Assembly (NCBI GenBank): GCA_018674495.1
Contig: JABHAA010000026.1
Location: 84,075 to 148,074, forward strand
Direction: 5' to 3'
Source of the DNA: Rhodospirillaceae bacterium
Lineage (GTDB): Bacteria; Pseudomonadota; Alphaproteobacteria; Rhodospirillales; UBA2165
DNA length: 64,000 bases
Shown: positions 62,201-64,000 of the stretch, piece by piece
Position numbering within the stretch: the first letter of the stretch is position 1
How the letters are laid out: every line of letters begins with the position of its first letter
The notes under the pieces: generated by a model
What the model saw: the letters and a program-made list of their open reading frames with translations, nothing else
The model's database searches: none
What the model was told of the DNA's origin: nothing
Position numbers and translations under genes: made by a program

Positions 62201-64000
62201 AATCATGATGGTCGGCATGGCCTTGTTGGCGAGATGAACTTCGTTGGGCAATTCGTCGATGACTTTAAGCCCCATATCTTCCAGCATCGGCAAAACATCG
62301 GACAAGGGCAGCGGTGTCATTGGGTGCAGAACTTTGAAACGCAGCGTGTTCCGATTGGCGCCGGCCGGGCGGTATAGGTTCAGCATCACCGCGTCATTGG
62401 CCGCGACACTTTCCATTAGTTCAATATCGGAAACCGCTTCGGCGGAATCGATGGTCTCGGTATAATTGGCCGGAAACGCTTGACCATAAATGTTGGCAAG
62501 GTGGAGGCCCTTGGCCGGGCCTACCGCTTGGATCAAGGCATCGCGCAACAATTCGGTCCACGACTGCGCGGCGCGCGCCAGCTTGGCTTCCAAGGCCGCG
62601 ACATTGACTTTGGTGGTTTTTTCGCCGGAGAGCGATACCACCAGATGCAGGCGCGCCAGCGGCGTTTCCGAAAATTCAACATCGTAGCCCGATACCTCGC
62701 CGCCATAGGCGTCTTCGACGATAGCCTGCAGCCGGTGGCGCAGCGTCGTTGTATAGCTGTCGCGCGGCACATAGATCAGCAAGGATACGAAGCGGCCAAA
62801 ATCGTCCATGCGCACAAACAAAGCCACGCGCTGACGTTCCTGCAAATGCAGAACGCCCATGGACATTTCCATCAACTCGGCATCGCGCGATTGAAACAAC
62901 TCTTCGCGCGGGAATGTTTCGAGAATATGTTGCAGCGCCTTGCCATCGTGGCTGTCTGGCGCGAACCCGGCTTGCGCGATGGTCCTATCAAGTTTGCGCC
63001 GGAGAAGCGGGATATCTCTTGGGCTGGAAGAATAGGCCACCGATGTAAATAGACCGGTGATCAGACGCTCGCCGATCACCTTGCCCTTGGCGTCGAATTT
63101 TTTAACGCCAATGGTATCGAGCAATACCGAGCGGTGAACGGTGGATTTTATATCGGCCTTGGAGATGATCAGCGGATCTGGCCCGCGCACCAAACGCTGC
63201 ACAGCGGACGGCGCGCGTTGCAGATGGCGTAATTCATTGAACACCAGCCGTTTCGGATTTCGCAAAATGCCGAGACCCGAGCCGGAATCGATGCGCGCCT
63301 TGGCGCCCTTGCCGGGGCCGGCAAAATCATATTCGCGGTAGCCGAGGAAGGTGAAATGGTCATCATGCGCCCATTGCAGGAAATCCTGAGCTTCGGCGAT
63401 ATCGGCAACCGCGCCTTCCGAGTTGCGCAATTTAAACTCGTCGATGATGCCCTGAACCTTGGCGCGCATGGCCTGCCAATCTTCGACCGCCGCATAGACA
63501 TCCCCCAGGACCGATTGGAGGTTTGCCTCGATTTCCTTAATGCGCGCCGGATCATCCTGGCGGTTGATGGTTATGCTCATCATCGATTCGTTCTGCACAC
63601 CGGCGCCGGTCTGGTTGCCGGCAAAGAAATCTTGGAGCTTGCCGGCTTTGTCGCGCCGCGTCCGGTACACCGGATGGATAATCAAATGCACTGAGTGGCC
63701 GAGGCGCGTTAACTCGGCGCTGCTCGAATCAAGAAGAAACGGCATATTGTCGGAGAGAATATCAACCACGCTGTGGAGGGATGCGTTGCCTGCATCCAAG
63801 CCGCCCGGATCGCGGACATCGATGATGATCTGGCCTGGTTTGCGGCGCCCCGATAACTTGAGCATCGCCATCGCGTCGCCGGCCAAGCGCGCATGGCTGC
63901 GTTCGGCCAAATCGGTGGTGGAAACATGTTCGTAATATTGGCGGACAAATTTTTCGGCGAGCTTGGCGCCGCGCTTGCCGGCCAGCCGCTGCGCCTCATT
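59213..64000 (-). CDS. gdhB: NAD-specific glutamate dehydrogenase, large (~180 kDa) Bac_GDH type, 5'-truncated by the window edge
   Basis: More than 1590 aa are in frame. The catalytic core is [39 protein letters not shown]. The reading frame stays open upstream of the listed TTG start (…[20 protein letters not shown]…) to position 64000. Confidence 0.9.
   Translation of the reverse strand, partial: [1595 protein letters not shown]

Noticed and set aside
1-64000. Search by eye for tRNA/rRNA genes, CRISPR repeats, IS elements, integrases, phage genes, toxin-antitoxin pairs or known defence-system components
   Set aside because: I found none: no T-loop GGTTCGAATCC-type motifs, no regularly spaced direct repeats, no DDE/tyrosine-recombinase-like ORFs, and no nuclease/ATPase pairs. 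A tRNAscan, Infernal or ISfinder run would be needed to be definitive.

Overview
About 57 kb of this window (1 to ~57.3 kb) is one large cell-surface glycan biosynthesis and modification island. It is followed by three housekeeping-type genes: a SIS-domain heptose-isomerase-like gene, a UMF1-type MFS transporter, and a giant NAD-glutamate dehydrogenase that runs off the right edge. I can support about 52 protein-coding genes. I found no rRNA, tRNA, CRISPR array, transposase, integrase or phage gene.

Island content:
(i) A ulosonic/nonulosonic-acid operon: KdsC-like phosphatase, SAF-less NeuB-like synthase, NeuA-like cytidylyltransferase, two SDRs, a VOC protein, a TIM-barrel isomerase and a NodU/CmcH carbamoyltransferase.
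(ii) A second keto-sugar-acid-style operon: HpcH-type aldolase, KdsB-like cytidylyltransferase, Gfo/Idh/MocA oxidoreductase, methyltransferase, a 529-aa unknown and a radical SAM enzyme.
(iii) An oxidoreductase / aminotransferase / acetyltransferase triad for a 3-acetamido sugar.
(iv) Three polyprenyl-phosphate-type GT2 enzymes plus several very large polytopic proteins (YfhO-like, ArnT/GT-C-like, Wzy-like, O-antigen-ligase-like).
(v) Decorating enzymes: four class I methyltransferases, an OafA-type acyltransferase, two SGNH proteins, a FemAB-like transferase, a NodB deacetylase and a Rieske oxygenase.

Main findings:
- Six paralogous B12-binding (class B) radical SAM enzymes are scattered through the island. 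As far as I know this is not a described glycan pathway.
- An embedded regulatory pair (winged-helix regulator plus a specialised NusG/RfaH-like paralogue) comes with matching cis elements readable in the DNA. Three sigma70-like promoters share a TTGACG -35 box fused to a GTTCAN-N3-NTGAAC palindrome. A 21-nt ops/JUMPStart-like element (CACCCGG-NN-TGCGGTAGC-K-TG) occurs twice in leader positions.
- An unlisted 50-aa DUF5989-like ORF lies in a plus-strand module with a fused MFS/spermidine-synthase-like protein.

All functional calls come from motif recognition by eye. No database search or computation was possible.
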